This document shows, piece by piece, positions 1-11,286 of a stretch of DNA of 32,000 bases. Where the stretch lies: the NCBI RefSeq assembly GCF_001465295.1, contig NZ_CP011034.1:1170001-1202000 (forward strand). The letters run 5' to 3'. The stretch's first letter is position 1; each line of letters starts with the position of its first letter. The position numbers and the translations under genes were made by a program. The notes under the pieces were generated by a model that ran no database searches, was not told the origin of the DNA, and saw nothing but the letters and a program-made list of their open reading frames with translations. The DNA comes from Pseudoalteromonas translucida KMM 520 (lineage in GTDB: Bacteria; Pseudomonadota; Gammaproteobacteria; Enterobacterales; Alteromonadaceae).

Positions 1-3000
1 GGCAAGTCTAATGTTATTGATGCAGTGCGCTGGGTGCTTGGCGAAAGCTCGGCTAAAAATTTACGTGGCGACGCTATGGCCGATGTCATTTTTAATGGCT
101 CAACTAATCGTAAAGCTATTTCGCAGGCCTCGGTAGAGCTTACTTTTGATAACGATAAAGGCGACTTTCCTAATACCTTTGCCGATCGTAATCAAATTGC
201 AATAAAGCGTTTAGTTACTCGCGATGGTCAGTCGTTGTATTTTTTAAATGGCAGTAAATGCCGTAAACGCGATATTACCGATATATTTTTGGGCACTGGC
301 CTTGGCCCACGTAGTTACGCCATTATTGAGCAAGGCATGATCTCGCGCTTAATAGAGAGTAAACCGCAAGAGCTTAGGGTGTTTTTAGAAGAAGCCGCAG
401 GGGTGTCTAAATACAAAGAGCGCCGCCGCGAAACGCAAACTCGAATTAAAAGCACCCGTGAAAACTTAGAGCGCTTACTCGATGTGCGCAAAGAGTTACA
501 AAGTCAGCTTACTAAGTTAGCGGTGCAGTCGGTTGATGCTAAAAAATACCGCGAGTTAAAAGCGCAAGAGCGAACATTAAAAGGGCAAATTGCCGTTTTA
601 AAATGGCAAAAACTACACCAACAACAACTCGAAAAAAGCCAACAAATAAATAAATTAAATGAGCAAGTTACGTTTTTTAAAACGGCTCATTCTGGCCACG
701 ACGACGTACTTGCAAGCTTAGAAACCCAAGTACAGGCTTCGCAAGAAAGCGTAAGTGATGCACAACAGCAACAACATGTAATACACACTGAGCTTACGCG
801 ATCTGAGCAACAACAAATAAGCATAAAACAACAAATTCAAACGCTTAAACAAAATCAGATTACACTGCAGCAGCGCCAAACGCATAGTTTAGAGCTTAAA
901 ACGCAGCAGCAAACAGTGTGCGAACAACTAGAACACGCTTTGCAGCAGGCAATAGAAAACAACTTAATGCGCAACGAGCAAGTAAGTGAGTTAAGCCAAG
1001 AACTTGAGAGCGCTTTAGAGCTAAAGCAGCAACACACCGAGGATTGGCAATCGCTTAGCGAGCAACTACAGCAACTTAATAATAAGCTGCAGATGCAAGC
1101 AAATAATATTGAGCAAACTCAGCAGCAAAGCAAACACGTTAATGAACAAAGTGAGCAGTTAAACAAGCAAATTACACATCTAAAAAGTGGCGATGTTGAA
1201 CAGCAGTTAGTTTCTCAAAAACAACAAAGGCAAGTACTTACTCAAGAGTTAGCAACTAAGCAAACGGCGCATAGTAAAGGCCAAGTACTGCTTTTAAAGC
1301 AACGTTCGCAGTTAAACATTGCTGAGCAGCAATATCAGCAACTTAGCCAGCAAGCTAACGAACTAAAAGCTAGTATAGCAGGGCTAAGCAGTACATTAAG
1401 CCTTGATAATAAGAGCGAGCATCACAACACGTTATTAAATCAATTAAAGGTTAAAGACGGGTTTGAGCACTGTATCGAACAGGCACTTAAATCGCTTGAG
1501 CATTTAAATGTAAGTGAGCAGTCGGCAAATAACAGTGTGTGGCATAACGCATCAACAAAAAGTAATCAGGCAAATGTAAAAAATAGCTTAGCGGCATTTA
1601 TAACTCAGGGTGTTTACCCTGAAATATTGACCCGTATTGCTTATAGTAAAAACGGCGAACTTAAAGCGTTAGAAGATGATTTTTATATTGCCGTAATGGA
1701 TGAAACCGCCGCTTTGCATGGCCGGAACTGGCATGTAAGCTCAGATCGAAATGCTGAAAACTCATTACTGGTAAAGCACAAGCAATTGCAGCTTAAAACA
1801 GCGCAGCTAAAAAATGTAGAGGGTGAGTTACAACTCGCAGCACAAGTGCTTGAGCAGCAAAAAGCACAGCAAAGTGAGCTTAGTACGCAGCAAAGTGAGC
1901 TTAAAGAAACGATACATCAGCTGGCTCAAAATATTGCCGTAGCGAGTACGCGTAACGATATGCTAAAAGAGCAAGTAGCGCAGTACCAGCAGCAATTGCA
2001 ACAGTACCAAGCGCAACAGCAGCAATTAGTTACGCAGTTAGCACAAATACAAGAGGTGCTTAAAGAGCAAACAGTGCAATTTGAAGCACTTAAGCAGCAA
2101 CAGTTAAGTTTAAGCAGTGATCTTGCAACAGCTAATAACAAACGCACCCACAGTGATACAAATTATAGCCAAGTATTAGCCAGACTTGAGCAATATAAAA
2201 CGCAAGCTCATCAAGCAACGCTTGCTGAGCAACAGTCGCGTAGCGAGTGGCAATTAAGCCAAGCTAAACTAAGCCATGCAGAGCAAGCGCATTTAAGTGC
2301 AGAGCAGGGCGCAAAAGAATTACACGATCAATTAACCCAGCTGCAAATACCCGAGCAAGAACTACTTGAAAACATAACCCAGTTACTTAAACAGCATGCG
2401 CAAGGCGAGAAAAACGTAAGTACATTACAAAATAAATTAAACCAAGCAAAAGAGAGCTTAAGCGCGAAGCAAGCGAGTCTTAAAAGTTCACAAGGTGAGC
2501 TGGTGGCGCTGCAAGAGCAGCATCAAAAATTAAGCATAGAAGAGCAAAGTTTATTAATAAAAGCACAGTTGGCGCTTGAACCACTAGAAGAGTTAAAGCA
2601 AAACCTAAAGCAGGTGCTTGATGAGTTACCAGAAACACTTAGTATAAGCACAGCACAAAATAAACTTGCAGATATTGTTAATCAGCTAGAGCGTTTAGGT
2701 GCGGTAAATTTAGCCGCTATTGATGAGTTTGATCAAGCCAAAGCGCGCAGCGAATATCTTGATAATCAATTAGATGACTTAACTAAAGCGCTGAGTACCC
2801 TAGAAGGGGCTATTCGTAAAATTGATATAGAAACCAAAACCCGCTTTAAAGCGACCTTTGATCAGGTTAACCAAGACTTTGCAAAGCTATTTCCAAAGGT
2901 TTTTGGCGGTGGAAGTGCTTATTTAGAATTAACCAGTGACGATTTACTCGAAAGTGGTGTTAGTATAATGGCACGACCACCAGGTAAAAAAAATTCAACA

Positions 3001-3309
3001 ATTCATTTGTTAAGTGGTGGAGAAAAAGCGCTGAGCGCATTATCATTAGTGTTTTCTATATTCAGGCTCAATCCAGCTCCATTCTGTATGCTGGATGAAG
3101 TAGATGCACCGCTAGATGATGCCAACGTGGTACGTTTTTGCCGTTTGGTTGAAGAAATGTCACAATCGGTGCAGTTTATTTATATTAGCCATAATAAAAT
3201 TGCGATGGAAATGGCTGGTAGATTAACAGGTGTTACCATGGCTGAGCCAGGTGTGTCGCGCGTAGTGGCTGTAGATATTGAACAAGCTGTGCAACTTGCA
3301 CACGCATAG
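1..3309 (+). CDS. smc: chromosome segregation ATPase SMC (5' end upstream of window)
   Basis: The frame is open from base 1 (GKSNVIDAVRWVLGESSAKNLRG, SMC head just after Walker A). It has a very long Q-rich coiled coil, a C-terminal signature LSGGEKALSALSLVF and Walker B CMLDEVDAPLDD. Confidence 0.9.
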   Translation, partial: GKSNVIDAVRWVLGESSAKNLRGDAMADVIFNGSTNRKAISQASVELTFDNDKGDFPNTFADRNQIAIKRLVTRDGQSLYFLNGSKCRKRDITDIFLGTGLGPRSYAIIEQGMISRLIESKPQELRVFLEEAAGVSKYKERRRETQTRIKSTRENLERLLDVRKELQSQLTKLAVQSVDAKKYRELKAQERTLKGQIAVLKWQKLHQQQLEKSQQINKLNEQVTFFKTAHSGHDDVLASLETQVQASQESVSDAQQQQHVIHTELTRSEQQQISIKQQIQTLKQNQITLQQRQTHSLELKTQQQTVCEQLEHALQQAIENNLMRNEQVSELSQELESALELKQQHTEDWQSLSEQLQQLNNKLQMQANNIEQTQQQSKHVNEQSEQLNKQITHLKSGDVEQQLVSQKQQRQVLTQELATKQTAHSKGQVLLLKQRSQLNIAEQQYQQLSQQANELKASIAGLSSTLSLDNKSEHHNTLLNQLKVKDGFEHCIEQALKSLEHLNVSEQSANNSVWHNASTKSNQANVKNSLAAFITQGVYPEILTRIAYSKNGELKALEDDFYIAVMDETAALHGRNWHVSSDRNAENSLLVKHKQLQLKTAQLKNVEGELQLAAQVLEQQKAQQSELSTQQSELKETIHQLAQNIAVASTRNDMLKEQVAQYQQQLQQYQAQQQQLVTQLAQIQEVLKEQTVQFEALKQQQLSLSSDLATANNKRTHSDTNYSQVLARLEQYKTQAHQATLAEQQSRSEWQLSQAKLSHAEQAHLSAEQGAKELHDQLTQLQIPEQELLENITQLLKQHAQGEKNVSTLQNKLNQAKESLSAKQASLKSSQGELVALQEQHQKLSIEEQSLLIKAQLALEPLEELKQNLKQVLDELPETLSISTAQNKLADIVNQLERLGAVNLAAIDEFDQAKARSEYLDNQLDDLTKALSTLEGAIRKIDIETKTRFKATFDQVNQDFAKLFPKVFGGGSAYLELTSDDLLESGVSIMARPPGKKNSTIHLLSGGEKALSALSLVFSIFRLNPAPFCMLDEVDAPLDDANVVRFCRLVEEMSQSVQFIYISHNKIAMEMAGRLTGVTMAEPGVSRVVAVDIEQAVQLAHA

Positions 3310-3377
3310 TTAAATTAAACGTATTAGATTTTAACTAATACACAGGTTTAGGCATATAAAATAAAAAAGGTGAGGGG

Positions 3378-4124
3378 ATGGCCGAAGAATTAAGATGGGT
3401 TTTAATCGTGATCAGTGTATTTGTCATAGGTGGCTTATTAGTACACGGTTTATGGTCAGTGCGAAAAAAAGACAACCCAGAAATACCTGCTAACGAGCGG
3501 GTCGAACCACAACACACAGCTCACTCTCATTCGCCAAGTGCAGAGCCTGCACAGAGCGTTGCCTTTGAGCAAGAAGAACCACAATTTGGTGAACTAAATT
3601 TTGATGCCAACGAGCCGCAAATAGATACTAGCGTGCCAGAAGTACCAATTGAAGATGACCTTAGTGTAATAGAGCCAGAGCACGACCTTGAGCCAAGCGA
3701 AGAGCCAGCAGAGGTTTCAGACTTTGTGATTGTGCATATTCAAATGCCAGATGGAATGAGCATGCAAGGCAGTAAATTATTGCCCGCGGTAAACACCTTA
3801 GGGTTTAAATACTCAGAGGAAGGCTTTTTTAATCGTCATTTAGATCCAGCAGGCCAAGGCCCGGTATTATTTAGACTAGTAAATATGTATAACCCAGGTA
3901 CCTTCGATATTGATAATATGGAACAATTTAGTACCGCAGGCGTTAGCTTATTTATGACCTTACCGTGTGAAGGTGATGGCTTAGCGGCATTTAATATGCT
4001 GCACAGCGCAGCTAAAAAGCTCAGCGACGAATTTGGTGCGCAAATTTTAGATGCGCAGCGTGAAGAAATGACCGTAGATCGCGTTCGTCAATATGTTGAA
4101 CAGGTACGTGCATTTTCTGCGTAA
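3378..4124 (+). CDS. zipA: cell division protein ZipA
   Basis: N-terminal single TM (LRWVLIVISVFVIGGLLVHGLW), an acidic/P-rich linker and a C-terminal globular domain. Position is the classical smc-zipA-ligA neighbourhood. SD-like GGTGAGGGG lies before the ATG. Confidence 0.85.
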   Translation: MAEELRWVLIVISVFVIGGLLVHGLWSVRKKDNPEIPANERVEPQHTAHSHSPSAEPAQSVAFEQEEPQFGELNFDANEPQIDTSVPEVPIEDDLSVIEPEHDLEPSEEPAEVSDFVIVHIQMPDGMSMQGSKLLPAVNTLGFKYSEEGFFNRHLDPAGQGPVLFRLVNMYNPGTFDIDNMEQFSTAGVSLFMTLPCEGDGLAAFNMLHSAAKKLSDEFGAQILDAQREEMTVDRVRQYVEQVRAFSA

Positions 4125-4149
4125 TTAACGCAATAGGTTAAATTTTTAT

Positions 4150-6560
<2,411 letters not shown>

Positions 6561-6564
<4 letters not shown>

Positions 6565-7076
6565 GTCGCTATGGCCCAGAGTACTGGGATAAGTACGGCA
6601 GTTACCGTACGCCTATCGCCTTTCATTTAAGTGTGCTGGTATTGTTACGAGCTTACTTTATTTGGATAGTGGCAGGGTTAAGCCGACGCCCAGAATTGGA
6701 TTTGATGTCGATATTTTTTAAATCTAAAAACGATTTTTTTATTGCCATTGCCATTGGCGCTGTAGCCATAGTACCAACTATTTTATTTTGTTTACGCCGA
6801 CCCCGCGAGTCTCATAAAAGTAGTGAGCGCTTAGCTAAGATTTGGCGTTATATGCGCTGGCCTCTTATTTTGTGTGCGGTAATAGATTTAACCTGGTTGA
6901 GTGTTCAAGCGGCTCATAGCTATTATCATTTTTCGTTATTTTTAGCGATTCAAATGGTGATTGTATTATGGGTGCTGTGGTACTTAGCTAAAAGTCGTTA
7001 TTTAACGGTGTTTTTTAATGATTGGCCTGAGCCTACCGAAAAAGCCGCAGCAGAAAAGCGCCTTAATAAGGATTAG
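6561..7076 (+). CDS. integral membrane protein, unknown function
   Basis: Four predicted hydrophobic segments; translationally coupled to the upstream ORF via ATGA. Confidence 0.55.
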
Positions 7077-7078
7077 AA

Positions 7079-7519
7079 GTGGACGCTATAAATAAAAAAA
7101 TAGCTAAGGTAGTGCTGTTTATAGGTGTGGCGCTTAGTGTGCTAATGCTAACTACAAAGCTTACAGAGCAGCCTTGGTTTATATTTTTATTTGTTTTATG
7201 GATATTTGTATTTTGCTCATGTTGTTACCGATTAACCCCATTGTTTAAAACACGAAACCAAATTAATGATTTTATTAAGCGCGATGCAAAACACTTAGTA
7301 CTGTTTAGCTTAGCGGGATTTTTTGATAAAAAGTCTGGCCCGCAGTGGTTAGCAATAAAAAATATTAAGCGCCTTTCAACCCGCAATAATGAACTACTAG
7401 TACACAGCTACCAGCACACGCAATTTAGTATTAGTTTACCTGCGTCAAAAGTAGAACTAGATGCTTTTTTACAGCAGATACTGACTAATTCAGAAAGACA
7501 AAGTATTACATTTGATTAG
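7079..7519 (+). CDS. membrane-anchored protein, unknown function
   Basis: GTG start 2 nt after the previous stop; two N-terminal hydrophobic helices, then a soluble ~80 aa tail. Confidence 0.45.
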   Translation: MDAINKKIAKVVLFIGVALSVLMLTTKLTEQPWFIFLFVLWIFVFCSCCYRLTPLFKTRNQINDFIKRDAKHLVLFSLAGFFDKKSGPQWLAIKNIKRLSTRNNELLVHSYQHTQFSISLPASKVELDAFLQQILTNSERQSITFD

Positions 7520-7606
7520 GTTGATCTTAAGCAAATGTAATAACGTAATAATTAACCAATAAAGCTAAATTCGATTATAGCTAACCAAGCATTTAAAGAG
7601 GCTGTT

Positions 7607-8047
7607 ATGTTGAAGTGGAATGATGTTATTAATTTTGCCAATAATGGCAATCCAGCGCCGCCGAAAAAGGTAATTAAAACCGACGCTCAGTGGCAAGAGT
7701 TATTATCTGAAGATACCTATTACGTTACTCGTAAAAAAGGCACTGAGCGACCGCACAGCTCCGGTAGCTGCACATTATTAGAGCCAGGCAAGTATGTATG
7801 TATATGTTGCGATAACTTATTGTTTGATGCAGATGAAAAGTTTGATAGCGGTACGGGCTGGCCTTCGTTTACAAAACCCGCAACAATAGAAGCTGTTGCC
7901 TATATTAGTGATAGCACTCATGGGATGCAGCGTATTGAAGCCGTATGTAATGTGTGCGATGCGCACTTAGGTCATGTGTTTCCAGATGGTCCATTACCGA
8001 CTGGCCTGCGATATTGCGTTAATGCTGCGTCAATGAAAAAGCTTTAA
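7607..8047 (+). CDS. msrB: peptide-methionine (R)-S-oxide reductase MsrB
   Basis: SelR domain hallmarks: CxxC pairs (CICCDNLLF, CNVCDAHLGHVF), GTGWPSF and RYCVNAASM. Confidence 0.9.
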   Translation: MLKWNDVINFANNGNPAPPKKVIKTDAQWQELLSEDTYYVTRKKGTERPHSSGSCTLLEPGKYVCICCDNLLFDADEKFDSGTGWPSFTKPATIEAVAYISDSTHGMQRIEAVCNVCDAHLGHVFPDGPLPTGLRYCVNAASMKKL

Positions 8048-8052
8048 CGCGT

Positions 8053-9693
8053 TTAGTCGGCTTGAATATCTAGCTGCATATCTTTTGCTTTATGCAAAAT
8101 TTTATTTAAACGCTGCGCCTGATCTGCAGGTAGTTTGGCTTTACTCAGTAAGGCGTAGCATTTTTTAGCAAGCCCCATATTAAACGAATCTCCCCCTTGT
8201 TGTTTGGTCGAATCAAACAAGCACTGTAATAAGTTAAGTGCGATACTCTGATTACGAGGCATTACCCTAAATGCTTGAGTAAACGCTTCTAGCGCCGTAT
8301 TTAATTGCCCTCTATTAAATTGATTTACAGCATGGTTGTTTAACTCTTTAGGCCCCATTTTAATATCGCGACGCTCGCTTTGCTGTTGTTGAATATAACG
8401 TAAATAGGTTGTATCGCTTACACTTGGATGACGCTGACAATGCGTAATTATTTGGGCAAATAAATTTTGAGCTTTTTGATGAAAACCCAGTTCGTGAAAT
8501 GCTTTTGCTTTATCGAGTGCGCCGTCTACAGAGCGAATTTGTGTATCATCTTCATCAAGCTGTTCTATTAGCCGCTTAGCTTTTTGATGTTCATCTTTTA
8601 AGTAGTGTAGGCGTGCGTTTAATACATCGATTTGCGCCTGATTTACATTATTGGGAAACTGCTTTTTTAAATCATTAATATATTGATTAGTTTGGCGAGA
8701 AATACGTTGTATTTGATCCGTTTGATCTGTGGTCAGCGCAAAGTCGATACCGGCACGCGCCGCATTTAAATAAATATCTGGGCTATCGTGAATTGAGTAT
8801 TTTGCATAGCTTGCAATATCTTTTTGGGTTAAGTAGCTCTTTTCATAATCGTGATTAATTAACGATACATTACTTAAAGACTTTTGACGCATAATATTAA
8901 GAGGAGCAATATCCGCAGCCTGACTTAAAAACTCTTGCGCGAGCTCAAATTGATTAAGCTTTATTTCTAAACGACCTAATAAATCAAGCGCGATTAAACG
9001 AGTTTCGTTGCGCTCTAACATGGTTTTAAGCATGCGCTGCGCTAAAATATGTTCATTGTTTTCTATCAGCGCTTCTACTAAACCTACTTTAGCCCATGCA
9101 AATTTTTGGATGTCGAGTACCGACTTAAAAAAGTCTTTGGCTTCTTTGTTACGGTTAAGGCGAAGTAGGGCATCGCCTTTTAAGCGCAGCAAAATAGGGC
9201 TGTAGTTGTTATTTTTATTTAATGCTGCACTTATGTATTTAAGTGCTTTGGAGTCATTACCGTCATCAATAAAATTATAAACTGTTTGTAAATCACGTTT
9301 GCGTTTTAAAATACGCTCTATACGTATTTTAAGCTCTTGTGCTGTAAATGGTTTAACCAAAAAATCATCGGGTTGTAATTCAAGAACACTATGCACAAGC
9401 GAACCACTTGTTTCTGCAGAAATAAAAATAAACCCAGTGGAGCTTTTAATTAACTGCTTTATTCGCAATTCCTCATAAAGCTGATAACCATCTTGATGCT
9501 TATTTAGATTGAATGAGCATACAATTAAATCAAATTGCTCGTTTATACACTGCTCTTTTGCCGAGTTAGCATGATCTGCAAATCGTAACTGTCCAAAGCC
9601 AAGCTTTTCTAGCGATTGTTTCATATAGCTTTGGGCAAGTGGTTGCTCCTCTACTATAAGTATTTTGGCTGTTGAATAGATCTTTGTTGGCAT
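8053..9693 (-). CDS. receiver-domain protein with C-terminal TPR-like repeats (atypical, Asp-less receiver)
   Basis: N-terminal CheY-like fold (KILIVEEQP..., DLIVCSFNL, FIFISAE, LVKPF) followed by ~400 aa of helical repeat sequence. Confidence 0.8.
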   Translation of the reverse strand: MPTKIYSTAKILIVEEQPLAQSYMKQSLEKLGFGQLRFADHANSAKEQCINEQFDLIVCSFNLNKHQDGYQLYEELRIKQLIKSSTGFIFISAETSGSLVHSVLELQPDDFLVKPFTAQELKIRIERILKRKRDLQTVYNFIDDGNDSKALKYISAALNKNNNYSPILLRLKGDALLRLNRNKEAKDFFKSVLDIQKFAWAKVGLVEALIENNEHILAQRMLKTMLERNETRLIALDLLGRLEIKLNQFELAQEFLSQAADIAPLNIMRQKSLSNVSLINHDYEKSYLTQKDIASYAKYSIHDSPDIYLNAARAGIDFALTTDQTDQIQRISRQTNQYINDLKKQFPNNVNQAQIDVLNARLHYLKDEHQKAKRLIEQLDEDDTQIRSVDGALDKAKAFHELGFHQKAQNLFAQIITHCQRHPSVSDTTYLRYIQQQQSERRDIKMGPKELNNHAVNQFNRGQLNTALEAFTQAFRVMPRNQSIALNLLQCLFDSTKQQGGDSFNMGLAKKCYALLSKAKLPADQAQRLNKILHKAKDMQLDIQAD

Positions 9694-9813
9694 TTGGCTT
9701 AACAGTGATTACGTTTAACACAGACTATAATCAACAGTTTAGCTGCTTACAAGGGAATTTAGGTTATTACTCAACTTTATTAAGTACTTAATATGCATTC
9801 ATAGGCTTATATG

Positions 9814-9905
9814 TGGTGGGTGATACTTAGCTTGATACCTGCGATCCTCGCCATTCGTTATAAAGGGCGGCGATGCTCTTTTTCTTTCAGCTGAGCTAAT
9901 TACCC
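9814..9905 (-). pseudogene. tRNA-Val-derived element P1 (keeps 3' acceptor and CCA; expanded D and anticodon regions; T arm degraded)
   Basis: The reverse complement reads GGGTAAT-TAGCTCAGCTGAAAGAAAAAGAGCA-TCGCCGCCCTTTATAACGAATGGCGA...GTATCACCCACCA. Confidence 0.6.
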
Positions 9906-9971
9906 AAAAGGACATATATATTATTTAAGTATTTGATTGTGATATTAGAGATACTAAGAAGTGTTTATATG

Positions 9972-10047
9972 TGGTGGGTGATACTGGACTTGAACCAGTG
10001 ACCCTCGCCTTGTAAGGGCGATGCTCTCCCAACTGAGCTAATCACCC
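9972..10047 (-). tRNA. tRNA-Val (anticodon TAC)
   Basis: 76 nt with a hand-readable cloverleaf: acceptor GGGTGAT/ATCACCC, D arm GCTC-AGTTGGGA-GAGC, anticodon arm TCGCC-CTTACAA-GGCGA, T arm ACTGG-TTCAAGT-CCAGT, encoded ACCA. Confidence 0.95.
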
Positions 10048-10103
10048 ACATATAAAATAGGTATAACGCTTAATTAAATGCTTTGAACATTTAAACTGTA
10101 ATT

Positions 10104-10179
10104 TGGTGGGTGATACTGGACTTGAACCAGTGACCCTCGCCTTGTAAGGGCGATGCTCTCCCAACTGAGCTAATCACCC
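10104..10179 (-). tRNA. tRNA-Val (TAC)
   Basis: Identical copy of the 9972-10047 gene. Confidence 0.95.
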
Positions 10180-10201
10180 AAATTACATTATTAACTATCA
10201 A

Positions 10202-10296
10202 GGGTGATAGTTAATGCTGGACTTTAACCAGTAATCCTCGCCATTATTTGCAAAAGGCGGTGATACTTTCTTCTTTTGTAACTGAGCTAATCACCC
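10202..10296 (-). pseudogene. tRNA-Val-derived element P2
   Basis: 5' acceptor GGGTGAT. The D loop GGG is replaced by an A-rich insert. The anticodon region is CCGCCTTTTGCAAATAATGGCG. The T loop is TTAAAGT. The 3' acceptor ATCACCC is displaced by a 6-nt insert and embedded in hairpin TTAACTATCA/TGATAGTTAA. Confidence 0.6.
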
Positions 10297-10328
10297 AAAT
10301 TACATTTAATACGCACCATTTATAAAAA

Positions 10329-10404
10329 TGGTGGGTCGTACTGGACTTGAACCAGTGACCCTCGCCTTGTAAGGGCGATGCTCTCCCAACTGAGCTAACG
10401 ACCC
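10329..10404 (-). tRNA. tRNA-Val (TAC), acceptor-stem variant
   Basis: Same body as the other Val genes, but the acceptor is GGGTCGT/ACGACCC (two compensated base-pair changes). Confidence 0.93.
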
Positions 10405-10452
10405 ATATTAAATTTTAAACGCGACTATTAATATAACAATAGGTTTTATATG

Positions 10453-10528
10453 TGGTGGGTGATACTGGACTTGAACCAGTGACCCTCGCCTTGTAAGGGC
10501 GATGCTCTCCCAACTGAGCTAATCACCC
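10453..10528 (-). tRNA. tRNA-Val (TAC)
   Basis: Identical copy of the 9972-10047 gene. Confidence 0.95.
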
Positions 10529-10564
10529 ACATATAAATTAAAACGCTACTATTAAAATAAATAG

Positions 10565-10645
10565 TACTGGATTTTAACCAGTGAACACTGCCTTTACTTG
10601 TAAATAGCGGCTATGCTCTCTTTTTTCTAACTGAGCTAATCATCC
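10565..10645 (-). pseudogene. tRNA-Val-derived element P3
   Basis: The reverse complement reads GGATGAT-TAGCTCAGTTAGAAAAAAGAGAGCA-TAGCCGCTATTTACAAGTAAAGGCAG-TGTTC-ACTGG-TTAAAAT-CCAGT. There is no 3' acceptor; an AT hairpin TACTATT/AATAGTA follows. Confidence 0.6.
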
Positions 10646-10678
10646 ATTTAGATTTTGTAATATACACCATTTTAAAAA

Positions 10679-10754
10679 TGGTGGGTCGTACTGGACTTGA
10701 ACCAGTGACCCTCGCCTTGTAAGGGCGATGCTCTCCCAACTGAGCTAACGACCC
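10679..10754 (-). tRNA. tRNA-Val (TAC), acceptor-stem variant
   Basis: Identical to the 10329-10404 gene. Confidence 0.93.
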
Positions 10755-10783
10755 ATATTACATACTACTACCTATACAGATAG

Positions 10784-10863
10784 TACTGGACTTTAACCAG
10801 TGAACTTCGCCATTACTTGTAAGTAGCGGTGATGCTCTCTTTTTGTAACTGAGCTAACAACCC
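10784..10863 (-). pseudogene. tRNA-Val-derived element P4
   Basis: The reverse complement reads GGGTTGT-TAGCTCAGTTACAAAAAGAGAGCA-TCACCGCTACTTACAAGTAATGGCGA-AGTTC-ACTGG-TTAAAGT-CCAGT. There is no 3' acceptor strand. Confidence 0.6.
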
Positions 10864-10913
10864 ATATTACAATTTTAAAACGCGACTATTGATATGATAA
10901 TAACTTTTATATG

Positions 10914-10989
10914 TGGTGGGTGATACTGGACTTGAACCAGTGACCCTCGCCTTGTAAGGGCGATGCTCTCCCAACTGAGCTAATCACCC
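10914..10989 (-). tRNA. tRNA-Val (TAC)
   Basis: Identical copy; the flanks repeat those of 10453-10528, indicating a tandem duplication unit of about 460 bp. Confidence 0.95.
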
Positions 10990-11025
10990 ACATATAAATT
11001 AAAACGCTACTATTAAAATAAATAG

Positions 11026-11106
11026 TACTGGACTTTAACCAGTGAACTTCGCCCTTACTTGTAAGTATTGGTGATGCTCTCTTTTTTCTAACTGAGTTAA
11101 TTACTC
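11026..11106 (-). pseudogene. tRNA-Val-derived element P5
   Basis: Same architecture as P3 and P4 (GAGTAAT-TAACTCAGTTAGAAAAAAGAGAGCA-TCACCAATACTTACAAGTAAGGGCGA...TTAAAGT). Confidence 0.6.
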
Positions 11107-11140
11107 ATATAGAAATTTAGATGTGAACACTTATAAAAAG

Positions 11141-11216
11141 TGGTGGGTGATACTGGACTTGAACCAGTGACCCTCGCCTTGTAAGGGCGATGCTCTCCCA
11201 ACTGAGCTAATCACCC
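11141..11216 (-). tRNA. tRNA-Val (TAC), promoter-proximal copy
   Basis: Identical copy of the 9972-10047 gene. Confidence 0.95.
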
Positions 11217-11258
11217 ACATCTAAACAACAACACAATGCTGCGTTGTTGTGGGGCGCT

Positions 11259-11286
11259 ATTATAGATAGAGTTGTAAATGTGTCAA
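11259..11286 (-). promoter_or_regulatory. sigma70 promoter of the tRNA-Val array
   Basis: On the minus strand, TTGACA (11286-11281), a 16-nt spacer and TATAAT (11264-11259). A GC-rich discriminator AGCGCCCCAC follows and AT-rich sequence lies upstream, the stable-RNA promoter pattern. Confidence 0.75.

Noticed and set aside
855-2147. Antisense ORFs 855-1037 and 1926-2147 (Cys-rich peptides) inside smc
   Set aside because: They are the reverse complement of CAA/CAG/GCA-rich coiled-coil codons, giving low-complexity C/S/L strings with no start context. They are artefacts of the Q-rich smc frame.
9780-9793. Perfect 14-nt palindrome ATTAAGTACTTAAT between the REC-TPR gene and the tRNA array
   Set aside because: It is an AT-only palindrome in AT-rich intergenic DNA, so a chance occurrence is plausible and nothing links it to a regulator. 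It is noted only as a possible operator.
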